DNA of 64,000 nucleotides from Candidatus Zixiibacteriota bacterium (GTDB lineage Bacteria > Zixibacteria > MSB-5A5 > GN15 > JAAZOE01): NCBI GenBank assembly GCA_043819555.1, contig JBDREQ010000020.1:64001-128000 (forward strand), given 5' to 3'. Positions 40,883-49,959 of this stretch are shown in pieces. Both the position numbers and the translations under genes were made by a program. Positions within the stretch are counted from its first letter, which is position 1; each line of letters starts with the position of its first letter. Below the pieces are notes generated by a model. The model saw only the letters and a program-made list of their open reading frames with translations. It was not told where the DNA came from and ran no database searches.

Positions 40883-43537
40883 ATGAAAATTGACGTTATA
40901 AAATCTGGTCTATTTGCTCTGCTATTATTGGGTTGGACTTTGTCTCCCATTATTGCGGCGGAGCAGGCGCCGCAGGCGCCACCCTCCAGCGTCATTAATC
41001 AAATCATCCATAATCAGGGGAATATAGGTTTGGCCGTTACAAATTTCGGCTATTTGGGTGATTATTATTGGGCAGGAATACCGTCGGGCAGATGGCCCGC
41101 GAACAGTACACACGATTACCTCGCCCAGATGGTGTTTTGGATAGGCGGCGTTAATGCCGCAGGTGATACGCTCCTGGCAAATACTATGGATGATTTTTAT
41201 CCTATTCTGAATGTCGCATCGGGCAACAATGATTATCGAATTATGGTTTCAAACGACACCACAACTTATAATTATGATGCCTCTGATACAACCGGAGCTG
41301 GAATCGGTTTTCCCGCCCATGGCTGGAGAGTCTGGGATATCACCGCTCAGCAATGGGATTATAATCAAGTTTATAACAGCCTTTCATCGAGTTTTCAGCC
41401 GGGAGGAGCGGTTTCGGTTCAGGAATCAATTTGCCGATATGGCGACGATGCCTCCGGCACGCCCGTCTTGGGTCTTGAAATAACCCAGACAATAAGGCAA
41501 TGGAATTATAAGCATATCGGCGATATGATTATAATTACTCTTGAAATTACCAACGCCAGCACCGAAGATTATCATGATGTCGCTTTTGGACTTTATTGCG
41601 ACTTCGATATTGGCGGACCGGATCCAAATACGGGTGAAAATGGCCGTTTGGGCGATCTGGTTAATCATGATACCGATTTGGATTTGGCATGGACCTTCGA
41701 CGAGGATGGATACGATCCCGGCTGGGGTCCTGGTGTTCGTACCGGATACATGGGAACGACTTTCCTTTCTACACCGGGCGATATCGGTATGACATCCTTT
41801 AGTACCGGACAGTGGGAACTGTTGCCGACAACTGACCGGGCACGGTATCAAATGATTGATGGAACTGAATTCGCTCAATCTCTTCCACCCACCGATCAAT
41901 ATTATGTGCAAGCGATTCGTGGTATGGATCTAGCCGCCGGCGAGTCTATTAGAATTGATTATGCTCTCATTGCCGGTTCCAGCGAAGATAAACTCAAATC
42001 GGTTGTAAATGATGCCAGAAATTTATATGCCAATAATTTTATATCTTCGCGTCCCCCTGATAACGCCTCTGTCCAGTCAACGCCACGCTCTAATAAAATC
42101 GCCATTTCCTGGGATAATACCTCGGAATTATCTGTAGATCCATCGAATAACTCAACAGATTTTCGCGGTTATAAAATATTTCGTTCAACTGACATGGGAA
42201 AAACATGGGGAAATTTGATTGAAAATGTGGATGGTTCCAAAGGCCCGGATTATGTGCCTCTGGCACAATACGAGCGGGACGCCTTTGGCCGTATTCCTCA
42301 TACTTTCATAGATTCAAATTTGACTAATGGAATGGAATATTGGTACGCTGTCATACCATATGACAGTACCGCGCTTGAAATTGATTTCAACTCGGGCAGA
42401 CCTGAAATCGCCAGTTATATCGTCTCTGCTTTTCCACGCGCAGAACCGTTGGGATATCAACATCCGGTTGAGACTATCGAGCATGCTTATTCCGGTAACT
42501 GGAAAGGCGACGAGGATGCCGTATCGCTCTTCGTCATTAATGATGCAGATATTACCGGTGACGATTATCAAATTACTTTCAACGAGGATTGTCTGGATAT
42601 AACCTGGAATCTGATAAATACGACTACTGGAGATACCGTTCTTGGTGACCAAACGCAGACATCGGGTTTGCCAAATTCTTATCCTATTGCTGATGGTCTT
42701 CAAATAATTGTTACAGTCCCCACAGTAGATGAACACTACTTGCCTGAAACGGCAGAACAACTCGAGTTTTCAACGTCAGGAGTAGAGACAATATTGCCGG
42801 ATTTCATCGAGAAATTTTATCCTGAAGATAATTGCTTTGAGCATTTTAGGAATGATATAGAAATCAGGTTTACCGATAATGGTTCATTTGGTTATGATTT
42901 CGGGGCATTGGTCTGGTATGACGCCATTGTTCAAGTACCTCTGCCTTTTGAGGTCTGGGATATAACGAATGAAATTCAACTTGATGTCTGGATCGTTGAT
43001 TGGTCGGAAGACGGTGAATGGACTATCGCCGATTTCGATTGGCTGATCCTGACCAATTATCAATATGATAATGGAAATCTTCAACTCGAAGCTATCCCTG
43101 ATTATTTTACATGGTTGGTGGAACTAAGTGATATCAGCGCTCCCGCTACTGGTGATATTTATTCGATTAGTGGCGTACCGATTGTCTCTTCCGATGATGA
43201 GTTTCTTTTCTCATCTGAAAAAATTATCGCCGGTCAAGTCTCAGCCAATCTCGATAAAATACATACTGTACCCAACCCATATATCGGATATGCCAAATGG
43301 GAAACCGGACGAGGAAATCGGAAAATGCAATTTGTCAACCTCCCCGATATCTGCACTATTCGAGTATACACTTTATCGGGGGAGTTGATTAACACTCTGG
43401 AGCACACCGACGGTTCAGGCGCCCATGACTGGAATATGCTTTCCGAATCGGGACGGAGCATCGCCGCCGGAGTTTATCTATATAATGTTGAAAGTCAATA
43501 CGGAAATTTCAACGGCAAATTTGCCGTTGTCAAATAA
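40883..43537 (+). CDS. Large acidic secreted protein with fibronectin-III-like domain and T9SS/FlgD-Ig-like C-terminal domain
   Basis: Start 40883 (GAGGA RBS; alternative ATG 40856); Sec signal without lipobox; HNQGNIGLAVTNFG..GRWP domain; ISWD..FRGYKIFRS..NGMEYWYAV; tail VPNPY..FVNLP..TIRVYTLSGELI..WN...IAAGVYLY...GKFAVVK. Confidence 0.75.
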   Translation: MKIDVIKSGLFALLLLGWTLSPIIAAEQAPQAPPSSVINQIIHNQGNIGLAVTNFGYLGDYYWAGIPSGRWPANSTHDYLAQMVFWIGGVNAAGDTLLANTMDDFYPILNVASGNNDYRIMVSNDTTTYNYDASDTTGAGIGFPAHGWRVWDITAQQWDYNQVYNSLSSSFQPGGAVSVQESICRYGDDASGTPVLGLEITQTIRQWNYKHIGDMIIITLEITNASTEDYHDVAFGLYCDFDIGGPDPNTGENGRLGDLVNHDTDLDLAWTFDEDGYDPGWGPGVRTGYMGTTFLSTPGDIGMTSFSTGQWELLPTTDRARYQMIDGTEFAQSLPPTDQYYVQAIRGMDLAAGESIRIDYALIAGSSEDKLKSVVNDARNLYANNFISSRPPDNASVQSTPRSNKIAISWDNTSELSVDPSNNSTDFRGYKIFRSTDMGKTWGNLIENVDGSKGPDYVPLAQYERDAFGRIPHTFIDSNLTNGMEYWYAVIPYDSTALEIDFNSGRPEIASYIVSAFPRAEPLGYQHPVETIEHAYSGNWKGDEDAVSLFVINDADITGDDYQITFNEDCLDITWNLINTTTGDTVLGDQTQTSGLPNSYPIADGLQIIVTVPTVDEHYLPETAEQLEFSTSGVETILPDFIEKFYPEDNCFEHFRNDIEIRFTDNGSFGYDFGALVWYDAIVQVPLPFEVWDITNEIQLDVWIVDWSEDGEWTIADFDWLILTNYQYDNGNLQLEAIPDYFTWLVELSDISAPATGDIYSISGVPIVSSDDEFLFSSEKIIAGQVSANLDKIHTVPNPYIGYAKWETGRGNRKMQFVNLPDICTIRVYTLSGELINTLEHTDGSGAHDWNMLSESGRSIAAGVYLYNVESQYGNFNGKFAVVK

Positions 43538-43555
43538 AACGCCTGGGAGAAAGAT

Positions 43556-44551
43556 ATGAAAAAGGTAGTAATACAAATCGCTGTCCTTTTAATTCTGCTG
43601 GGCGGCATGAGCCAGGCCGATCAATTTAGCAAAATCGGATCGGTTGGCGCGCAATTTCTAAAAATCGGAGTCGGCTCCCGGTATCAGGGATTGGGCGAGG
43701 CATCCGTAGCAATCGTCAATGATGCCTACAGCCTTTATTGGAATCCCGCGGGATTGGCTTATATTGAAGGCAGTAACCTGACCTTTACCAATGTCAACTG
43801 GGTAACCGATGTTAATCTCAATTACGTTGCCTTTGGTACCAGGATTGAAGATTTTGGGACTCTGGGCATATCCGCGGCTCTTCTATCAATGGGCGATATG
43901 GAAGTTACGACTATTGATGAGCCCGATGGAACCGGAGACATGTTCACCGCCTCCAGTTTCGCTCTGACCTTTGGCTACGCTCGATTTCTAACGACTCGTT
44001 TAGCCTTTGGAGCTTCATTCAAATATATTTATGAAAAAATATATACTGAATCAGCTGGGGGCATCGCGTTCGATTTCGGCACCCAGCTTCATACCGGTTA
44101 TAAATCACTCCGAATTGGAATGAACATCTCCAATTTAGGACCCAATATGGAGTTTTCTGGTCCGAATCTAAAAGTACCAATTGAAACCCAATCGGCTACT
44201 TCCAGAAACGGCGAAGTTGCGGTCGATTCGTATGACATCCCGCTGACATTCAGACTGGGTTTGGCGTATGATTTAATCAATGATCCCGACAATACCGTCA
44301 CCATGATCGTTGAGGCCAAACATCCCAATGACCTTGAGCAGCAGGCGTCGCTTGGAAGTGAATACAATTACCGGGATCAGTATTTCCTGCGGGCGGGCTA
44401 CAAATTCAATTACAGCGAACAGGGTCTGACTCTTGGCGGCGGCCTCAATGCGCCAATTGGCAGAAACAGTACTTTAGTTGCTGATTATGCCTGGTCTGAT
44501 TTCGGCCGTTTTGATTCTGTTCACCGCTTTTCAATTGGTTTCAAATTCTAA
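43556..44551 (+). CDS. PorV/PorQ (UPF0164)-family outer-membrane beta-barrel
   Basis: AQFLKIGVGSR..GLGEA.VA..NDA.SLYWNPAGL, FDFG, LRAGY, DYAW..FG.F..VHRFSIGFKF. Confidence 0.85.
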   Translation: MKKVVIQIAVLLILLGGMSQADQFSKIGSVGAQFLKIGVGSRYQGLGEASVAIVNDAYSLYWNPAGLAYIEGSNLTFTNVNWVTDVNLNYVAFGTRIEDFGTLGISAALLSMGDMEVTTIDEPDGTGDMFTASSFALTFGYARFLTTRLAFGASFKYIYEKIYTESAGGIAFDFGTQLHTGYKSLRIGMNISNLGPNMEFSGPNLKVPIETQSATSRNGEVAVDSYDIPLTFRLGLAYDLINDPDNTVTMIVEAKHPNDLEQQASLGSEYNYRDQYFLRAGYKFNYSEQGLTLGGGLNAPIGRNSTLVADYAWSDFGRFDSVHRFSIGFKF

Positions 44552-44571
44552 TTACGCTTAGATATATCATT

Positions 44572-44601
44572 AAAACCCCGTCATCTCGGCGGGGTTTTTT
44601 T
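44572..44601 (+). terminator. Intrinsic terminator ending TonB-PorV operon
   Basis: AAAACCCCGTC-ATCTC-GGCGGGGTTTTTTT. Confidence 0.85.
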
Positions 44602-44675
44602 GTGGTATTTTTCTTCTAATGCCGGCTGAAATCATTGCATAATAGTAAATGGGATTTGCATGCTTGTCCATTTAG

Positions 44676-44709
44676 AAAACCGCCGCCTCGCTAGCGCGAG
44701 GCGGCGGTT
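44676..44709 (-). terminator. Terminator of rpmB
   Basis: 14-bp stem AACCGCCGCCTCGC/GCGAGGCGGCGGTT, T-run on minus strand. Confidence 0.75.
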
Positions 44710-44734
44710 CTTATTGACAGGGGGGTTGGTGTTT

Positions 44735-44938
44735 TTATAATTTTTTCTTAACGGTTTTGGTTACTTTTCCAGCCTTGAGACAAGATGTACATACTCTCAT
44801 TTTTTTCGGGACGCCATTAACTTTGGCGTGCACCGTCTGGAGATTCGGGTTCCAGCGCCGTTTAGTACGATTCTGGGCGTGAGAGACCGAATTACCGACT
44901 CCCGGCTTCTTTCCGCATATTTCACAAATTTTCGACAT
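44735..44938 (-). CDS. rpmB: 50S ribosomal protein L28 (Zn-ribbon form)
   Basis: [34 protein letters not shown]...[11 protein letters not shown]. Confidence 0.97.
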   Translation of the reverse strand: MSKICEICGKKPGVGNSVSHAQNRTKRRWNPNLQTVHAKVNGVPKKMRVCTSCLKAGKVTKTVKKKL

Positions 44939-44970
44939 CAAAAACAACCTTTCTAAGCGTCGAGTGTATC

Positions 44971-44998
44971 ATTTTATACTTAAATCCAAAATTGTCAA
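44971..44998 (-). promoter_or_regulatory. Sigma70-type promoter of rpmB
   Basis: TTGACA-N16-TAAAAT on minus strand, about 30 nt before ATG. Confidence 0.55.
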
Positions 44999-45098
44999 GA
45001 GAAATTTTAAATTTAATGGCTATATCTTTATCGGACTTTGATTCCAAAATCCATACTATCAAGGTAAAAACAACTCCTCTTCAAAATGTACGCTTGTA

Positions 45099-45127
45099 TT
45101 GACGAATAGACCAAATATTGCTATTAT
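45099..45127 (+). promoter_or_regulatory. Sigma70-type promoter of the GTPase gene
   Basis: TTGACG-N17-TATTAT with TG extension; strong GGAGG RBS downstream. Confidence 0.55.
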
Positions 45128-45151
45128 AAGGCGGGAGGAGGAGGCACTATC

Positions 45152-46153
45152 ATGCCGGCCAATCTGCCGCCGCAATATTATGAGCTGGAGCGAGTCTTTA
45201 AGGCCGAACGGGATCCCAGGGAAAAACTGCGTCTGGCTCAGGAGCTTCTGGCGATGATGCCTAAACATAAGGGCACCGATAAGCTGCAGGCTGATCTTAA
45301 ATCCAAAATATCCAAGCTCAAAAAACAACTGATTTCCGGCGGAAACAAAGCCGGAGCGGCCAAATCGACTTCACTTGACCATATTGACAAAGAGGGCGCG
45401 GGACAGGTTGCTCTGATTGGTCCTCCCAACTCCGGCAAATCCTCGTTGGTTGACGCTTTGACCAACGCCCGTCCGATGATTGCCGATTACCCCTACACTA
45501 CTCGCGAACCGGTGGCGGGGATGATGCCATATGAGACAATTCAGATTCAACTGATCGATACGCCTCCGATTTCCCCAGATATGTTTGAACCCTGGATGCT
45601 GGGAATAATCCGCAATGCCGATTTGATTTGCCTGGTTGCCGGAGTCGGCGACGATGGTTTCGAAGAACGGGTGCAGTATGTCTTTGATAAACTCAAAGAG
45701 CGGCGAGTAATCCTGACTCACGCTATCCCAAATCCGGAAGATGTGGACGATCCCAGCCTGGCATATAAACGAACGATAATCGCGGCCCATAAATTTTATG
45801 ACGATGGGGGTGGGAAGCGTTTTAGTAGGTTTACCGAGCTCTATCCCGGATTTTCCGTCATTGGTACCTCGATTCTCGATGAAGAGACGCTCGAGAGATT
45901 CAAAAAGATGATGTTTGATAATTTGAATATCATGCGCGTTTATACCAAAACTATCGGGCATGAACCGGATTTTACAGATCCAATTATAGTTCCACCCGGT
46001 TCGACAGTCGAAGAAGCGGCTTTGATGCTCCATAAAGATTTTGCCTACAAACTGCAGTTCGCCAAAATTTGGGGCTCCGGCAAATACGACGGCCAACGAG
46101 TTCAAAAATCATATGTCCTTCGGGACAAAGACATCATCGAATTTCATATTTAG
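45152..46153 (+). CDS. OBG-family DRG-like GTPase with C-terminal TGS domain
   Basis: MPANLPP..PKHKGTDKL N-terminus, G1 GPPNSGKSS, G2 YPYTT, TGS (RVYTK..P...GSTV...HKDF..AKIWG..GQRV...L.D.DIIEFH). Confidence 0.9.
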   Translation: MPANLPPQYYELERVFKAERDPREKLRLAQELLAMMPKHKGTDKLQADLKSKISKLKKQLISGGNKAGAAKSTSLDHIDKEGAGQVALIGPPNSGKSSLVDALTNARPMIADYPYTTREPVAGMMPYETIQIQLIDTPPISPDMFEPWMLGIIRNADLICLVAGVGDDGFEERVQYVFDKLKERRVILTHAIPNPEDVDDPSLAYKRTIIAAHKFYDDGGGKRFSRFTELYPGFSVIGTSILDEETLERFKKMMFDNLNIMRVYTKTIGHEPDFTDPIIVPPGSTVEEAALMLHKDFAYKLQFAKIWGSGKYDGQRVQKSYVLRDKDIIEFHI

Positions 46154-46200
46154 AAAGTTGGAGCCTGAAATGCTCCAGCCATATCGTATGATAACTATAG

Positions 46201-46241
46201 ATCGTCGCGTCGTTCCGCATGGCGGAACTCCTCGCGATGAC
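46201..46241 (-). repeat. CGTC-type REP-like palindrome
   Basis: Minus strand GTCATCGCGAGGAGTTCCGCCATGCGGAACGACGCGACGAT, nested hairpin. Confidence 0.55.
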
Positions 46242-46547
46242 CGGTAAAGAGAAAAAGCCGAAGTTATCCACATTTTGTTTCATAAAATTCCTTATAATAC
46301 GATGTATTTCTGTTGGTTACAGCAAATTGGCTTTGTTCTGTCATTTTTCAGGCAAAAGCCTGTTTTCAGCTGTCGCGCGGTTGACTTGGTATCGGTTCAC
46401 CGCTTCTCCAAGGAAGCGACAGGACCTGTGCGAAACTTCTAAAATGGGTTTGTTTGCTCAGATTAACGTTTTTGGTCATATCAAATCGGTGTTGATTGTG
46501 GCAAAAGCCACTTATTGGCTGTCGTATAGATAACTTGGATTTTTCCG

Positions 46548-46620
46548 GCAGGGGTCGCTTGCGTGAGACCCGAAGATTCGTCACAACATTTGGGACGGGC
46601 TCGTCGCGACGAGCCCCTAC
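46548..46620. repeat. Inverted doublet of GTAG-type REP-like palindromes
   Basis: GCAG-GGGTCGCTTGCGTGAGACCC on plus strand facing GTAG-GGGCTCGTCGCGACGAGCCC on minus strand. Confidence 0.6.
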
Positions 46621-46741
46621 GATTCCGTATATCTTTTTTTATATAATCCATACTACTAAACGTTGATTGTTTCGGAAACAATGGGGGATTGGTTGGGTAA
46701 TTGTAATTATACGGGTGAGGGATTGTCGGAAAATTGGGGAA

Positions 46742-46767
46742 GGCGACAACTCGAGAGTTGTCGCTAC
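46742..46767 (-). repeat. GTAG-type REP-like palindrome
   Basis: Minus strand GTAGCGACAACTCTCGAGTTGTCGCC. Confidence 0.6.
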
Positions 46768-46917
46768 GTAAAGTAACACACCGCGCCCCTGCGGGTGATG
46801 GCTTTATTGTAATTTGTTTCATTTTACATATGGTGATGATTTCGGAAATAGAGGAAAACAGGGTAGATAAATGCTATTTTTATATACGGAACTCGAAGGT
46901 GGAAATTCTAAATATTA

Positions 46918-46943
46918 GCAGGATCGTGGCGGTCCTGCCCCAC
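46918..46943 (-). repeat. GTGG-type REP-like palindrome
   Basis: Minus strand GTGGG-GCAGGACCGCCACGATCCTGC. Confidence 0.45.
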
Positions 46944-46963
46944 TGGCGCAATAGCAATTTCGC

Positions 46964-46994
46964 AAAAAAAAAGGCCGATATCAGTCGGCCTTTT
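46964..46994 (-). terminator. Terminator of dockerin-protein gene
   Basis: AAAAGGCCGA-TATCAG-TCGGCCTTTT with long A run (T run on minus). Confidence 0.8.
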
Positions 46995-47017
46995 GAATTC
47001 TATATCATCAGATCAAT

Positions 47018-49669
47018 TTACGGACAATCAAAACATGGTGGCGGGCCGCCTTTGAAGACGGTGCTGATCATATATACCGCATCGCCAACATTGCATTGAT
47101 CGTCGCAGTTGGAATCGCATGCTTCAAATGGGTAAGGGGGGGGACCGCCTTTAAAAACATGATTAATGACAAACACCGCGTCCCCAACGTTAACTTCATC
47201 ATCACCATTGGCGTCGCCGCATTTAAAAGGACTTACCAAATTAACAGACACTATCATTCTTGTCTGCACATCCGGCTGCGGGTCAGCCCAGGGATTAAAA
47301 TCAGGATCATTTGAGCCTATATCGATATAAAAATCATTCCGACCTTCCTGTAAAGCGGTGGGATCAATTTCAAATGCGAATATTGTTGTATCTCCCGGAC
47401 CAAGAATTTCAGCAGTAGTTTCATTGCCGGACGGCGGATTGTACCAACTTACCCAGCTTGGCGGTATTTGGCTTTCAGCATTTTTGTTTGCCTTTGGAGG
47501 AGTACCGGCAACGAGTGTAGCAGTATATTCAAGCATCTCGTAGCCAAGGTTGGCAATGGCGGCACCGTTAATAAATCGGAAAACAGGTTCGGTTTCAGTG
47601 GCCAAAATTGAATCGAGAGATAAAATGATTTGGGGAATATGCATTCTGGGCCGATAAGTTTGCTCAACCGCAAAGGCATACAGATAAGCATAAAAATCTC
47701 CTGAGGCTGGAGTGCTCCAATCGCATGTGACGACATAATTCTTACCGTCAGAGCCATGGGCAATTGCGGTTGCCAACGGATAATCAAGATGATATTGTAG
47801 CAGGAATTCACCGGTTTCGGCGTCGTGTATCCTCCATCTACCATTACGCGTACCTGAGAAGATGTATGGATCGCATGTTAATGATGGAGGCATTGGAAGA
47901 TAATCTGCATTGGTATCAATGTCTTCTTCCTGCCATACAATTGTGTTAGTCTCAATATCGACAGCTTTTAAACCCAAATCTGATTGCGGTGAAGGATAAT
48001 CGCTGCCGAAATAAGCAATTCCATTATAAACCGCGGGAGTAGAATACAGTGAACGCCCCATCTCGTAATCACTCCATTGCTCTACCCCGAAATCGACATT
48101 GAGATTAATTCTATATCCATCATGCCCATTATTGGCCTCCGGGAATCCGACATTGGCATGGGCAAGAAGATTGCCTTTATAAAAGACCGGACTGGATGTA
48201 AATCCATCCGAAAGGGTTGATTGATTGATATTTCTATATTCCCATTGCATGGCCAAAGAACCATCGGCGGATATAGCCCAAATTGATCCCGGTCCGGAAG
48301 AGCCTGATGCGGTGCCAAAAAAGAGTAAATCCCCGAATAGATCAGAATGTCCAAAACAGGGGGAGTTCCAGACGTTGGCGCCCACTGAATAATAATTAAG
48401 AACATAGCCGGTATATTTGTCTACCATATAAATACATCCGTCCTGAGTTCCAAAAAATACGTAGTCACCAACTATGACGCTATGTGCCCAACGAGTCGCA
48501 CCGTGAGAACTGCATGGAAGAGGATCGTCGGACATTAATCCTTTTGCCCATATAATGTTTCCAGTACTGCCATCCGCGCATATAAATCCGGCGGCCGACC
48601 CAGTTCCAAAATAAATATAACCGGTTTCTAAATCTACGGTCGGGGCGCTTCTCGCTTCACCTAAGAATAAATTGGAATAACTGGGATGAGTATAAGCACT
48701 CCATATAAGTTCGCCGGTCAATAAATCATAGGCATGAATCCCAGCATTTACAGATGTTATATAAACAATGTCATTAGCGATTACCGGAGAAGCAAAACGA
48801 GGGTAGTCATGTCCGGAAATTTGAGATGCCCATTGGCGAGTGAGACCGGTAATATCACCCAGTTTTATTCCAGAGCGGGATGTACGGCCGTAGTCGTGCG
48901 CATACGTGGGCCATTGGTCATTGGGATCGCAGACATCCAAATCACAGTCATTGGATGTCGAACTTTCCCCTTCCGACCAAAGCATAAGATGATCCATACC
49001 CTGGTCAACAACCAGATCTTTCCAGCCGACCCCCCAATCATTATATAGCGCACAGGCACGGGCCGATGAAGGATTATCCGCCCATATTCCAATTGTTCCC
49101 CATCCGATATATTCTGAAAACAAAATACCGGCAAAATATGGACCATTGACACAAAACGGACTACTGAAATAAATAGTTAAATCGAATACCATGCCAGTTG
49201 CCGGAATTGAAACGTCTAATAATGAACCGGTTAAAAGAACTTCACCCGGTTTGGGACAACCGGGCTCAGAATAATCGACATCCCAGATCATTACTCTTAT
49301 TCCATTCAGATTAATAGAGGAGGTGGTCACATTTAGTAATTGCATCCTGACAAAATCTACTCCAAAAGGATAGGTATCAGTGCAGCCCTGTTCTGATGGA
49401 TCCTGGTAAACGGCATAGTATTCGTTGCCGGTGTACCAATTAAGATAATAACCATTTATTGGCCCCTGGAATTTACCCGTGCATCCCGCCGCTGATGATT
49501 TATTTTGCTTATCGCCTAAATCTAGGATATTGGAGGTGATGATTTTTTTTGAAGATGTTTTTTCGGGTTTTTCCGAATCGATTATGAAAATTTCATCAGC
49601 TGCCCAGATATTGGCTGCGCCGATCAACATGAAAATGATGGCAGTGAATAGAGAAATGGACTTTTGCAT
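47018..49669 (-). CDS. Secreted PQQ-like beta-propeller protein with C-terminal type-I dockerin
   Basis: Signal peptide; WPTYAHDYGRT, repeats such as AYDLLTGELIW and SLYSTPAVYNGIAYFGS; SNDPD Ig-like segment; two EF-hand-like repeats GDANGDDEVNVGDAVF..FKGGPPP and CDSNCDDQCNVGDAVY..FKGGPPP. Confidence 0.85.
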   Translation of the reverse strand: MQKSISLFTAIIFMLIGAANIWAADEIFIIDSEKPEKTSSKKIITSNILDLGDKQNKSSAAGCTGKFQGPINGYYLNWYTGNEYYAVYQDPSEQGCTDTYPFGVDFVRMQLLNVTTSSINLNGIRVMIWDVDYSEPGCPKPGEVLLTGSLLDVSIPATGMVFDLTIYFSSPFCVNGPYFAGILFSEYIGWGTIGIWADNPSSARACALYNDWGVGWKDLVVDQGMDHLMLWSEGESSTSNDCDLDVCDPNDQWPTYAHDYGRTSRSGIKLGDITGLTRQWASQISGHDYPRFASPVIANDIVYITSVNAGIHAYDLLTGELIWSAYTHPSYSNLFLGEARSAPTVDLETGYIYFGTGSAAGFICADGSTGNIIWAKGLMSDDPLPCSSHGATRWAHSVIVGDYVFFGTQDGCIYMVDKYTGYVLNYYSVGANVWNSPCFGHSDLFGDLLFFGTASGSSGPGSIWAISADGSLAMQWEYRNINQSTLSDGFTSSPVFYKGNLLAHANVGFPEANNGHDGYRINLNVDFGVEQWSDYEMGRSLYSTPAVYNGIAYFGSDYPSPQSDLGLKAVDIETNTIVWQEEDIDTNADYLPMPPSLTCDPYIFSGTRNGRWRIHDAETGEFLLQYHLDYPLATAIAHGSDGKNYVVTCDWSTPASGDFYAYLYAFAVEQTYRPRMHIPQIILSLDSILATETEPVFRFINGAAIANLGYEMLEYTATLVAGTPPKANKNAESQIPPSWVSWYNPPSGNETTAEILGPGDTTIFAFEIDPTALQEGRNDFYIDIGSNDPDFNPWADPQPDVQTRMIVSVNLVSPFKCGDANGDDEVNVGDAVFVINHVFKGGPPPYPFEACDSNCDDQCNVGDAVYMISTVFKGGPPPCFDCP

Positions 49670-49959
49670 GGATTTCTCCTGATATATGCGCTTTTCAGGT
49701 CTATCATTGATATTAATTAAGTGCCTTTTTGCCCCCTTATAAAGGTGTTCGTTCGAAAAATAAAACTACATAACCTAAAATACCGATTATGGGCCAATTT
49801 GTCAACGGAAAAACGCACAGTACTCTGCTTCACAGAAACAGGTGGCATTCTCATTAGTAAATGGTCTGAAGTCCCATAGATTCTATTCTTGCAACTGCGA
49901 CAGGGAAACATGACAAGAAAAATGTAACAAAATTGTACGATTTTCGTTAATTTCTGATT

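Noticed and set aside
29642..44601. Horizontally acquired island between fba and rpmB
   Set aside because: No integrase, tRNA or flanking direct repeats seen; compositional shift cannot be quantified by eye
45371..46105. 244-aa antisense ORF
   Set aside because: Shadow of the GTPase gene; no motif or RBS
46264..46272. Perfect DnaA box TTATCCACA (a second at 55505-55513) suggesting oriC
   Set aside because: Isolated single boxes 9 kb apart, no cluster or dnaA; one or two are plausible by chance in 64 kb
46219..47099. Short ORFs across the REP-rich spacer
   Set aside because: Mutually overlapping, run through palindromes, no recognisable domain or transposase motif
47018..47110. C-terminal Cys motifs (CFDCP) as a heme c site
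   Set aside because: No CxxCH; the Cys residues fit dockerin-associated disulfides
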